From positions 180,001 through 212,000 of the forward strand of contig NC_010628.1 in the NCBI RefSeq assembly GCF_000020025.1: a stretch of DNA of 32,000 bases. The letters are read 5' to 3'. The position numbers were made by a program, and so were the translations under genes. Positions 17,584 through 26,773 of the stretch are shown here, piece by piece; the first letter of the stretch is position 1; each line of letters starts with the position of its first letter. The notes under the pieces are model-generated. The model was not told the DNA's origin and ran no database searches. It saw nothing but the letters and a program-made list of their open reading frames with translations. This DNA comes from Nostoc punctiforme PCC 73102 (GTDB lineage Bacteria > Cyanobacteriota > Cyanobacteriia > Cyanobacteriales > Nostocaceae).

Positions 17584-18207
17584 ATGTATGCAAGCGTCAC
17601 ACAACCACTGACTTTTGAAGAGTTTCTTGCCTGGGATGATGGTTCAGGCAGAGAGTTTGAGCTATTAGATGGGATTCCCGTGCCATTATCAGAACCAAAT
17701 GCAAATCATGAGGATTTGATCCAGCGACTGTGTGCCTACTTAGAAAATCACTACCAAGAAAATGACCTGTCTTATGTGCCGCGCCAGTCCAAGCAGGTTC
17801 GGCTCAAAACAGCATTAGGAGAAAAGGAAAAAAGCCGGAAAGCAGATATTGTCATATTTGCAAGAGTTGAATGGCAGAGGATGAGAACTATCTCTAGTTC
17901 TGCTGCTGCATATATTCCACCACCGGGAATCATTGAAGTCGTTAGCAACAACTGGAAGGACGACTATCTGACAAAACTTGCTGAATATGAAGACTTGGGC
18001 GTTTTCGAGTACATCATTGTAGACTATGCTGCTTTTGGTGACATTCGGTTCATTGGCTTTCCTAAGCAGCCAACCATTACAATCTACCAACTTGAAGGTG
18101 CAGAGTATTTACCTCCGAAGGTTTTTCGAGGGCAGGATCTAATTCATTCTAAATTGTTTCCGAACATTCCCTTAACTGCTGAACAAATTTTTGCAATGAG
18201 TCGCTGA
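17584..18207 (+). CDS. Uma2-family (DUF820) putative restriction-endonuclease-like protein
   Basis: FEEFLAWDDGSGREFELLDGIPV..., ADIVIF, IEVVSNNWKDDYLTKLAEYEDLGVFEYIIVD. This is the pattern of the Uma2 family, which is abundant in cyanobacteria. ATG at 17584 is preferred over the TTG at 17539. Confidence 0.75.
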   Translation: MYASVTQPLTFEEFLAWDDGSGREFELLDGIPVPLSEPNANHEDLIQRLCAYLENHYQENDLSYVPRQSKQVRLKTALGEKEKSRKADIVIFARVEWQRMRTISSSAAAYIPPPGIIEVVSNNWKDDYLTKLAEYEDLGVFEYIIVDYAAFGDIRFIGFPKQPTITIYQLEGAEYLPPKVFRGQDLIHSKLFPNIPLTAEQIFAMSR

Positions 18208-18289
18208 TTAGCAACCAAGAAATTTATTCTATAGCGGTTCCCAGATGGGTAAGGTACAAAAAAATAATTAACCACAGATGAACACAGAC

Positions 18290-18510
18290 ACTTGTACGGA
18301 CACACTAGGGGCGAATTAATTCTTGTTTAGTCCACTAAGCGAGGACTTTCGCTATTAGCCGTAGGTTTCTAACCTATGACGGGTGATAGGTTCAAATGTA
18401 ATATTATGGACTTAGGTATTTACACTATTGTAGAATGTTGGCATTGTCCACACGTCCGCCTCAGAATAAATTCTGCGGCTCATAGCGAAAGTCATCTAAA
18501 GCTGACTGAA
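18290..18510. repeat. Cluster of short hairpin-forming dispersed-repeat-like sequences
   Basis: Palindrome gaattaattc (18313-18322). aacctat/ataggtt hairpin (18371-18392). cagaat-aa-attctg (18462-18475). agtca/tgact (18490-18507). They resemble small dispersed repeats of Nostoc-type genomes. The family was not verified. Confidence 0.3.
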
Positions 18511-18520
18511 ATTATATGTC

Positions 18521-18847
18521 CTATAGCGATATAACAGTTTCAGCAGATTGGCCAGACGCATGACGAGGGCGAAGATGTAAGTTGATTTCCGTATCGAGCC
18601 GCTTGAGGAAAATGAGGAGTTTACCCTCGCTGAACCGTTGAAACTCTCCTTTCATCAAATGAGATACTTCTGGCTGGGGAATGCCAAGAAGTTCGCTGAT
18701 TTCGCGCTGTTTCAGGTTGCGTTGAGAAAGGAGGCGCAGTACCTGAATCCCTATCTTGCCTCGCATAAAAAGTTCCGAAGCATCCTCTAAACCGAGATCA
18801 GCAAATACGTTGCCACTGCTTTCTTCAAAAACGGGTTCCTGTGTCAT
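18521..18847 (-). CDS. XRE-family HTH antitoxin (HigA-like)
   Basis: HTH segment LKQREISELLGIPQPEVSHLMKG. 4-nt overlap with the upstream toxin ORF. Confidence 0.75.
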   Translation of the reverse strand: MTQEPVFEESSGNVFADLGLEDASELFMRGKIGIQVLRLLSQRNLKQREISELLGIPQPEVSHLMKGEFQRFSEGKLLIFLKRLDTEINLHLRPRHASGQSAETVISL

Positions 18848-19218
18848 TGTTGTTTCTCCCTTGCCACTGCGTCTTTATAGCGTTGTTTAATCAGGTCAAC
18901 ATCAGCCTGTGGGGTTTTAATCCCCTGCTTTGATTTTTTCTGAAAAACGTGCAGAACATAGATTTTCTCTCCAATCTTTACCGCATAGACTGCCCTATAA
19001 GTATCGGTATCGTAGCGTTTGACGATTTCATACACGCTGCTTCCAACCCCTTTAAAAAGTTTGGCATCCATTGGTGTTTCCCCAGCTTGCACCAATTGCA
19101 GCGAATAGCCTAGTGATGCACGCACATCTTCAGGAAATGAGCGGATATTTTTGAGAGAGTCTCCCATCCAAACCAGAGGTCGTAAAGGAATTTCTATAAT
19201 ATCCTCGTCATCGTCCAT
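18844..19218 (-). CDS. RelE/ParE-superfamily toxin, Gp49-like/HigB-like (DUF891 type)
   Basis: 124 aa. LFKGVGSSVYEIVKRYDTDTYRAVYAVKIGEKIYVLHVFQKKS is typical of the phage Gp49-like HigB family. The toxin-first gene order is as in higBA. Confidence 0.7.
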   Translation of the reverse strand: MDDDEDIIEIPLRPLVWMGDSLKNIRSFPEDVRASLGYSLQLVQAGETPMDAKLFKGVGSSVYEIVKRYDTDTYRAVYAVKIGEKIYVLHVFQKKSKQGIKTPQADVDLIKQRYKDAVAREKQQ

Positions 19219-19269
19219 TTTATATGAATTTTCCTATAAAATAAGTTAGACAATAGCATAAAATGTCCC

Positions 19270-19518
19270 GTGTGCGAACGGTGTATCGCGTTATATATAT
19301 TAATTCTCGAAAAACTTGCTGCGGGTGAAACATCTGAGCAAATACTAGAAGCGCATCCGCGACTTACCGATGAAGGAATTAAAGCAGCTTTGGCATTTGC
19401 GGCTCAAGCTTTAAGGTATGATGTAGTTTATCCAACGATTGAGAAAGCTTTAATAAGTTTTTAGGGGACGAAAATTTAGATTGGCAAATCGTTGAACGTC
19501 TACGGCTTGATTGTTAAA
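19270..19518 (+). pseudogene. Remnants of a DUF433 antitoxin-like gene and the first 17 codons of a DUF5615/PIN-like partner
   Basis: 19270-19464 encodes ...ILEKLAAGETSEQILEAHPRLTDEGIKAALAFAA, a DUF433 C-terminal half with no proper N-terminus or ATG. 19465-19518 reads GDENLDWQIVERLRLDC-stop, resembling the N-terminus of DUF5615 proteins. Confidence 0.45.
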
Positions 19519-19643
19519 CTTCAGCAATCACAGGATGCGATTTATTGCTTGCCACTAGTTTGATGCGCGATCGCACTCCAAAAACTCCTAGCATGATAAA
19601 TAACTCAACTTAAAATCGCTCAGGCGTTTTCCAGCTACTACGG

Positions 19644-19692
19644 TAAAAATAAAATCCCTATGACCTGCTACTACTCAAGGTCTTAGGGATTT
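19644..19692 (-). terminator. Rho-independent terminator of tRNA-Arg
   Basis: aaatccctatgacc (19652-19665) pairs with ggtcttagggattt (19679-19692), with one mismatch. On the minus strand the stem is followed by TTATTTTT. Confidence 0.6.
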
Positions 19693-19701
19693 CTTTGCTT
19701 A

Positions 19702-19775
19702 CGGGACTGGTGCGGCTCGAACGCACGACCTGACGCTTAGGAGGCGTCCGCTCTATCCAACTGAGCTACAACCCC
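19702..19775 (-). tRNA. tRNA-Arg (anticodon CCU)
   Basis: The reverse complement folds by hand into a cloverleaf. Acceptor GGGGTTG/CAGTCCC has two G-U pairs. D-arm GCTC/GAGC. Anticodon stem GACGC/GCGTC with loop CTCCTAA. T-arm GTGCG-TTCGAGC-CGCAC. Discriminator is G. 74 nt, with no encoded CCA. Confidence 0.9.
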
Positions 19776-19808
19776 AACTATGAAGCACATATAATTATAG
19801 CAGTACTT

Positions 19809-20927
<1,119 letters not shown>

Positions 20928-20939
20928 TCAGTATGCGCG

Positions 20940-21569
20940 ATGTCTAACGACAAGCCGAAACGTCTACGCTCCGATATTAATCATGCTTATGAAATTCTTG
21001 GGCTAGAACCCGGTGCATCTCAAGCAGAGGTGAAGCGAACTTACCGTAAACTGGTAAAAATTTGGCATCCCGATCGCTTTTTCGATCAAAAGCAAAAACA
21101 GGAAGCTGAGGAAAAAATCAAATTAATTAACGTAGCTTACAACAAGCTCAAATCAGAAAATCCATCCGAACCTCCCACTTCTGAAAATCCCTCTTCATCT
21201 TCGCCTAAAAATCCCACAAAAATATCTGTCAATCGTTGGGATGCAGAAGCTTTCTATACTTTAGGCGTAGAGAATGCCACGGTAGGAAGATATGACGATG
21301 CGATCGCAGATTTTACCCATGCAATTCGTCTCAATCCTAACTATGTTGACGCATATAAATATCGTGGACTAGTTTGCTCCCAACTTGGATACGAATATAG
21401 AGCCGCTTCAGATTTAAATAAAGCTGCACAAATAGAACAAGGGTTAAAAAATCCTGGTGCTGCAAGGAGAGTGCGATCGCCTAGATATGTATCAAAGCCT
21501 AGGCCTCTGGTAGAAAGATTTTGTCAGGGGATTAAAAAGATATTGCGGCTAAATCGACGCTGGAGATGA
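20940..21569 (+). CDS. J-domain (DnaJ-like) plus TPR protein
   Basis: YEILGLEPGASQAEVKRTYRKLVKIWHPDRF contains the HPD motif. TPR-like AEAFYTLGVENATVGRYDDAIADFTHAIRLNPNYVDAYKYRG. ATG at 20940 is preferred. Confidence 0.85.
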   Translation: MSNDKPKRLRSDINHAYEILGLEPGASQAEVKRTYRKLVKIWHPDRFFDQKQKQEAEEKIKLINVAYNKLKSENPSEPPTSENPSSSSPKNPTKISVNRWDAEAFYTLGVENATVGRYDDAIADFTHAIRLNPNYVDAYKYRGLVCSQLGYEYRAASDLNKAAQIEQGLKNPGAARRVRSPRYVSKPRPLVERFCQGIKKILRLNRRWR

Positions 21570-21678
21570 AAAGCGCCATATTTTAAGATGCTTTGAATGG
21601 CGATACCATACTTTGAGTTAGTTAATACTTATGCTTGGGAATACTAAGTATATTGAGATTTGCTGCTGATTTTCTAGT

Positions 21679-23157
21679 ATGAGCGATCGCTTTGATATAA
21701 ATCATGTTTACAATATTCTTGGGTTAAAACCAGGTGCATCTGTTGATGAGGTCAAGCAAGCTTACCGTCAGATGGCTAAAACTTGGCATCCAGATTGTTT
21801 TTTCGAACCGCAGCAAAAGTTAGAAGCGGAAGAGAAAATCAAAGAAATCAATCAAGCCTATGCAAGGTTAAAGTCTTATCAGCCGGATGAGACAAATCAA
21901 TCTGCTTCCACTTCTATCAAAATTGATTTCACTCCATCTAATGCTGAAAGTTTCTACAAACTAGGGATAGAGAAAGCTCAAAAAGAAAAATATACTGAAG
22001 CAATTGAAGACTTTACCCAAGCGATTCGTCTCAACCCCAACTACTTTGAAGCTTACAAATACCGAGGGCTTGCTTGCTCGAAACTAGGATATGAAAATAG
22101 AGCCGAGTCAGATTTTAGAAATTCTATACAACTGGAACTGAAACAGAAAAAAGCAGCACCCAAACCTACATCACCACCACCAAAGCCAGCAACGCCGCCA
22201 CCACCCAAACCTACATCACCACCGCCAAAGCCAGCAACACCGCCACCACCTAAATCAGAGTCTCAACCTTCACCCTGGAAATGTGTACACACCCTGACTC
22301 ATCTCAACTGGGTTTTTACAACTGCAATCAGTCCAGATGGTAAAACTTTAGCTAGTGGAAGTAGTGATAATACGATCAAAATTTGGCATCTCGACACAGG
22401 GAAATTACTACATACTCTCACTAGTCATACAAAATGGGTAAGATGCCTAGCCTTTAGCCCAGATAGCCAAACTCTAGTTAGTGGCAGTGATGATAGCACC
22501 CTAATGATTTGGCAAGTGTCTACAGGTAAATTACTCAAGACACTCAAAGTACATTCAACCCCAGTTTTTTCTGTAATCATTAGTCCAGATGGTCAAACTA
22601 TCCTGAGTGGCGGTACAGACAGTACTATCAAGATTTCCCATATAGAGATGGGACAATTACTGCAAGTCCTCAAAGGTCATTCTGGCTTAGTTTACTCCCT
22701 TGCTATTTGCCCAAAACAACAGATTTTTGTAAGTGGCGGTGCGGATAATACCATTAAGCTGTGGAATTTGAAGAGTAACAAACTGCTGCAAACTCTCAAC
22801 GGACATTCAGGCTGGGTGATGTGTGTCGCCATTAGCCCTGATGGAAAAATTTTAGCTAGTAGCAGTTATGACCAAACTATCAAGCTATGGAATATCAATA
22901 CAGGTAAGGTAATTAACACTCTTGCCGGACATTGCAGCTATGTTTGTGCGATCGCTTTTAGTCCCGTTGGTCAGTATCTTGCTAGTGGTAGTGCAGATCA
23001 CAGTGTAAAACTATGGGATGTTAACACAGGACAAGAACTTTACACTTTGAATAACCATTCTGATTGGGTTAACTCCGTCACTTTCAGTCCTGATAGCAAA
23101 ACCCTAGCTAGTGGTAGTCGGGATATGACAATTAAGCTTTGGCAATGCGATATCTAA
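21679..23157 (+). CDS. J-domain, TPR, Pro-rich linker and 7 WD40 repeats in one fusion protein
   Basis: The HPD J-domain and TPRs are paralogous to the upstream gene. The linker is a duplicated KPTSPPPKPATPPPP. Seven WD repeats follow (…SPDGKTLASGSSDNTIKIW…). Confidence 0.85.
   Translation: MSDRFDINHVYNILGLKPGASVDEVKQAYRQMAKTWHPDCFFEPQQKLEAEEKIKEINQAYARLKSYQPDETNQSASTSIKIDFTPSNAESFYKLGIEKAQKEKYTEAIEDFTQAIRLNPNYFEAYKYRGLACSKLGYENRAESDFRNSIQLELKQKKAAPKPTSPPPKPATPPPPKPTSPPPKPATPPPPKSESQPSPWKCVHTLTHLNWVFTTAISPDGKTLASGSSDNTIKIWHLDTGKLLHTLTSHTKWVRCLAFSPDSQTLVSGSDDSTLMIWQVSTGKLLKTLKVHSTPVFSVIISPDGQTILSGGTDSTIKISHIEMGQLLQVLKGHSGLVYSLAICPKQQIFVSGGADNTIKLWNLKSNKLLQTLNGHSGWVMCVAISPDGKILASSSYDQTIKLWNINTGKVINTLAGHCSYVCAIAFSPVGQYLASGSADHSVKLWDVNTGQELYTLNNHSDWVNSVTFSPDSKTLASGSRDMTIKLWQCDI
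22159..22248 (+). repeat. Perfectly phased 45-nt tandem duplication encoding the Pro-rich linker
   Basis: 22159-22203 and 22204-22248 differ at only 2 positions. Confidence 0.85.
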
Positions 23158-23452
23158 ACACAAATTAAAAATTTAGATGATTTCAGTAATTTACTAGATT
23201 TTTTATCAATCCATCACCTGACAGTTTAATAACATCCATCTTTGGGATACTCTTTCTCTAGATTAAGTATTAACTTCCTATAGATAGAGCCACTTGTCCG
23301 ATCTCAGAGGTTATTCTGACATTAACCAACAATTGGGTAATAAAACAAACTCAATATTTATCAGCAACATAGATTTTTAAACTCATTAAAACCTCTTTTT
23401 CTTACAAAGTTTTAGTTTGTCAACATCATATCGAGGAGTGAAATCAATAGTT

Positions 23453-24187
23453 ATGTCTATTCCCAATGAACGCGAAATCAAAAACAGTGAAATTAAGCAA
23501 GAATCTTACACTGATACTAATGGTAATATTCACACTGACTTGACGCGAACTACAGAAACAGTCAAGAACAGTACAGCTAATCCCAACTCTTACACTAACG
23601 GTTACGTACAAGGTCGAAATACCGAGCGTAGCTACCAGCAAGCTGATTTAGCCGAGCGTGACAATGAAAATGCTAGCCGTGGTTTGCTGTTAGGTATTAT
23701 TGTTACTTCTCTAGTTGGTTTGATTGTAGGTGGGGTCTGGTACTTCAACCAACGCAATAACGCTGCGGTTGACACTACTGTGCCGGTCTTAGTTCCTGTA
23801 CCAAGTAATAATAGTCCAACTCCTAGTGCTTCTCCTCAACCACAAACGAAGATAATCGAAAGAATCAGAGAAGTACCTGTTCCTGTCCCTGTTCCACAAC
23901 AGCAGGTTACACCTCAATCTGCACCTCGCCAACCAGATATTAACATTACTATTCCACCCCAACAGTCTGCGGCAGAAAAAGCACCTTCTGTAACTCAGCC
24001 AGCCCCGAAAGCAACACAAAGTCCGGCGACAAGTCCAACTAGTAATACTGCCACTCCAGGTACGAAAGGTGATAGCACTAAAACCACTTCACCTCAAGGA
24101 GTAGACCAGTCAAACAGTACATCGAATAATGGTTCTTCTACCGCAAATGATGCTACAACAGGCGGTCTGCTCAATAACGGCTTCTGA
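23453..24187 (+). CDS. Hypothetical single-pass membrane protein with a P/S/T/Q-rich low-complexity C-terminus
   Basis: GAGGAG lies about 12 nt upstream of ATG 23453. One TM helix (LLLGIIVTSLVGLIVGGVWYF). The C-terminal half is low complexity. Confidence 0.6.
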   Translation: MSIPNEREIKNSEIKQESYTDTNGNIHTDLTRTTETVKNSTANPNSYTNGYVQGRNTERSYQQADLAERDNENASRGLLLGIIVTSLVGLIVGGVWYFNQRNNAAVDTTVPVLVPVPSNNSPTPSASPQPQTKIIERIREVPVPVPVPQQQVTPQSAPRQPDINITIPPQQSAAEKAPSVTQPAPKATQSPATSPTSNTATPGTKGDSTKTTSPQGVDQSNSTSNNGSSTANDATTGGLLNNGF

Positions 24188-24195
24188 ACTTCTAG

Positions 24196-24243
24196 CCCAC
24201 TTGCTTAGATGCTGGCATTAACGCCAGCATCTAAGCAAGTGGG
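24196..24243 (+). terminator. Perfect 21-bp stem hairpin downstream of the membrane-protein gene
   Basis: cccacttgcttagatgctggc (24196-24216), loop attaac, gccagcatctaagcaagtggg (24223-24243). It starts 9 nt after the stop. The T-tract is weak. Confidence 0.55.
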
Positions 24244-24743
24244 AATATTCTTAAGAAGGATTTCGGAATTGTTGCGATAAATTAATGGTGTTCAAGTTTG
24301 GTAAACGTATCTTGTAGCTAAACAAACATGATGCTAGATTAAGAGCAAGGTACAAACAGGTTAAAAGTTAACAAAAACTTTCAAGTTAGAGCCTGTACCT
24401 CCTGCTCTAATGTTCTTGCGATCGCTCTGAAGTTGTGACATCCATTGAATGTGTTTTGCTTTAAGTTCAATGAGTTCTTTTGGAGGTTTGAAAACGCACT
24501 GCCAGAAAATGCCTGCCTAGTTTGAATGTTAGGATGTGCAATTCTGAGTATAGCGATCGCGAATACTGTCCACCTTAGTTGAGTTATTTACTTCTGAATT
24601 CTCTAATCTTCAAGAAACCGCCCCAAGCTGCTGATATTTATCCATCGTAGCTTCCGGCGGTTTCTGCTTTGAGTGTTATGCATTTCTGTTCTTTGTCATT
24701 TGTCCTTTGTTATCTCTCTTCTTAAGAGAGGGTTGTTTAGACC

Positions 24744-24778
24744 AATGACTAATGACTAATGACTAATGACTAACTAAC
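24744..24778. repeat. STRR-like heptamer tandem repeat (aatgact x4 plus one degenerate unit)
   Basis: 7-nt periodicity. The unit is the reverse complement of the heptamer family at 1083-1117. It overlaps the last 5 codons and the stop of the metallophosphoesterase gene. Confidence 0.8.
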
Positions 24779-25596
24779 GTAATTACAGTCACTTCTGGCG
24801 GACAAAATAAACGTCCTGGTTTATAAGTTCCTAAACCCCGGTTGACATATAGTTGATTTTCTTGCACCTTGTGAAACCCTTGCGCCCACTCCCAATATCG
24901 CACGACTTTAGAACAGTCTCCTAGTAAAAACGTTACCCAACACCTTAATTTTTTGGGGATTTTTTTGAGTAGCTTTTTATAATGGAATACTAAAGGCCCA
25001 ATGCCAGGGATTACGATGTGACCGCCGTGGGTATGACCCGATAGTTGCAAATCTACACGCCATTGTTGCAGTATCTTGGCTGTATCTGGATTATGGGATA
25101 AAACGATGCGGGGTATAACAGAGTCTAGTTGATTCATCACAGGTGCAGGGTAGAATTCCCGCGACCAATAATCAGCTAGTCCTACAAATGGTAATTCTTT
25201 TCCTAGTGGATAGGCGATTTCATTCCAAAGCACATGCACCCCAATGCTAGTTAACGCTTGTGTAACTTCTGCTTTTGAATGACTGTAATAGATATCATGA
25301 TTACCCAGTACAGCATAGATACCACAGCGACTTTGCAAATGCTTAAGTCGATGCACCAATTGATGAATTGGTGTCGGATCGTCAGTTACATAGTCACCAG
25401 TTAATAGAATCAAATCTGGTTCAGCTTCGTTAGTAAGTGCGATCGCTTTTTCTAACATTTCTTCTGACAAGCGCAAACCATCGTAGTGAAAATCTGACAA
25501 CTGCACTAGCGTTGTACCTTGTAAAGATGCTGGAAGTTCCGCAATCTTAACCGTGATTTTATCTACTCTTAAATGTCCCGTAAACAACCAATGCAT
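24763..25596 (-). CDS. Metallophosphoesterase (calcineurin-like), paralog A
   Basis: Motifs LSDFHYD, TGDYV, GNHD, SGHTHGG. Start chosen at MHWLF by analogy with paralog B. The track start is 25617. Confidence 0.85.
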   Translation of the reverse strand: MHWLFTGHLRVDKITVKIAELPASLQGTTLVQLSDFHYDGLRLSEEMLEKAIALTNEAEPDLILLTGDYVTDDPTPIHQLVHRLKHLQSRCGIYAVLGNHDIYYSHSKAEVTQALTSIGVHVLWNEIAYPLGKELPFVGLADYWSREFYPAPVMNQLDSVIPRIVLSHNPDTAKILQQWRVDLQLSGHTHGGHIVIPGIGPLVFHYKKLLKKIPKKLRCWVTFLLGDCSKVVRYWEWAQGFHKVQENQLYVNRGLGTYKPGRLFCPPEVTVITLVSH

Positions 25597-25814
25597 AAGG
25601 CAACCGATACTCCTCATACCAGCGCTTACAGCTTACCAAATATCAAAATGTAACTTGAGAAACTGCAATAATTTATGTCACATACTCGAAATAAAATTAA
25701 CGAATTGATTTAAATCCTGAGACTAAACTAAGCAGGACTCACTCGAATTTACAGGTACTGATTAGCCAGAATACCTGCTGTGATTCCGTTCAGGAATTTT
25801 GAAATTTGGATTAC

Positions 25815-26645
25815 TTACTCACCCTGTAGGGTGATTATAGTAACTTCTGGGCGGCAAAATAAGCGTCCTGGGAGGTAAGTTCCCAAACCACGATTGACAT
25901 ATAGCTGATTTTTTCCCAGATGATGGAAACCCTGTGCCCATTCCCAATGGCTGACTACAGAAACATTTTCTTCCAAAAATGGAAATCGACGCTGCACTTT
26001 TTTAGGTATTTTTTTTGCAAGCTTTTCGTAAAAAAACATTGCAGGGCCAATTCCGGGAATCACGATTTGACCACCGTGAGTATGACCAGATAATTGTAAG
26101 TCAACTCGCCATGCTTGCAGTATCTCCGCAGTATCTGGGTTGTGGGATAAAACGATGCGTGGTGTGTCGGGATTTAGTTGATTCATCACAGGTGCAGGGT
26201 AGAATTCCCGCGACCAATAATCAGCTAGTCCGACCAATGGTAATTCTTTTCCTAGTGGATAGGCAATTTCGTTCCAAAGGACATGGATTCCAATGCTAGT
26301 AAGGGCATCGGTAACTTCTGTTTTGGCGTTTTTGTAATGTATATCGTGATTGCCAAGAATGGCATAGATACCACTGGGACTTTGCAGATGTTTGAGTCGA
26401 AGTATCAGTTGGTGAATCGGTGTCGGATCGTCAGTTACGTAGTCACCAGTCAATAAAATTAAATCTGGTTTAGCTTCATTAGTAACTGCGATCGCTTTTT
26501 CTAGCATCTCTTCCGACAGCCGCAAACCATCGTAGTGAAAATCTGACAACTGCACCAGCTTCTTACCTTGTAATGATGCAGGCAACCCTACAATCTTAAC
26601 CGTCAATTCTTCTCTACTCAACGGCCCAGATAATAACCAGTGCAT
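25815..26645 (-). CDS. Metallophosphoesterase (calcineurin-like), paralog B
   Basis: Same motif set as paralog A. Roughly four fifths of residues look identical to paralog A by eye. Confidence 0.85.
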   Translation of the reverse strand: MHWLLSGPLSREELTVKIVGLPASLQGKKLVQLSDFHYDGLRLSEEMLEKAIAVTNEAKPDLILLTGDYVTDDPTPIHQLILRLKHLQSPSGIYAILGNHDIHYKNAKTEVTDALTSIGIHVLWNEIAYPLGKELPLVGLADYWSREFYPAPVMNQLNPDTPRIVLSHNPDTAEILQAWRVDLQLSGHTHGGQIVIPGIGPAMFFYEKLAKKIPKKVQRRFPFLEENVSVVSHWEWAQGFHHLGKNQLYVNRGLGTYLPGRLFCRPEVTIITLQGE

Positions 26646-26773
26646 AAGACGTTCAATAAACTCTAATCATAGCGCTTACAGCTTAACGAAACATCATCGT
26701 TTTGTGTGTAGTGACGAGTGCAACTTATTGAAAATTTCATAAAATCTGTAGATTTAAACGTATTTATACTTAT

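Noticed and set aside
19465-19800. Integrase gene or duplicated tRNA 3' end indicating a classical tRNA-linked genomic island
   Set aside because: No ORF with recombinase-like motifs occurs within several kb on either side of the tRNA. I could not find a second copy of the tRNA 3' segment by eye.
24341-24664. Imperfect hairpins (agagcaaggtaca/tgtacctcctgctct at about 24341-24410; gaaaccgcc/ggcggtttc at about 24615-24663) as sRNA genes or terminators
   Set aside because: The stems are interrupted or lack adjacent U-tracts on the relevant strand. No promoter-like elements stood out.
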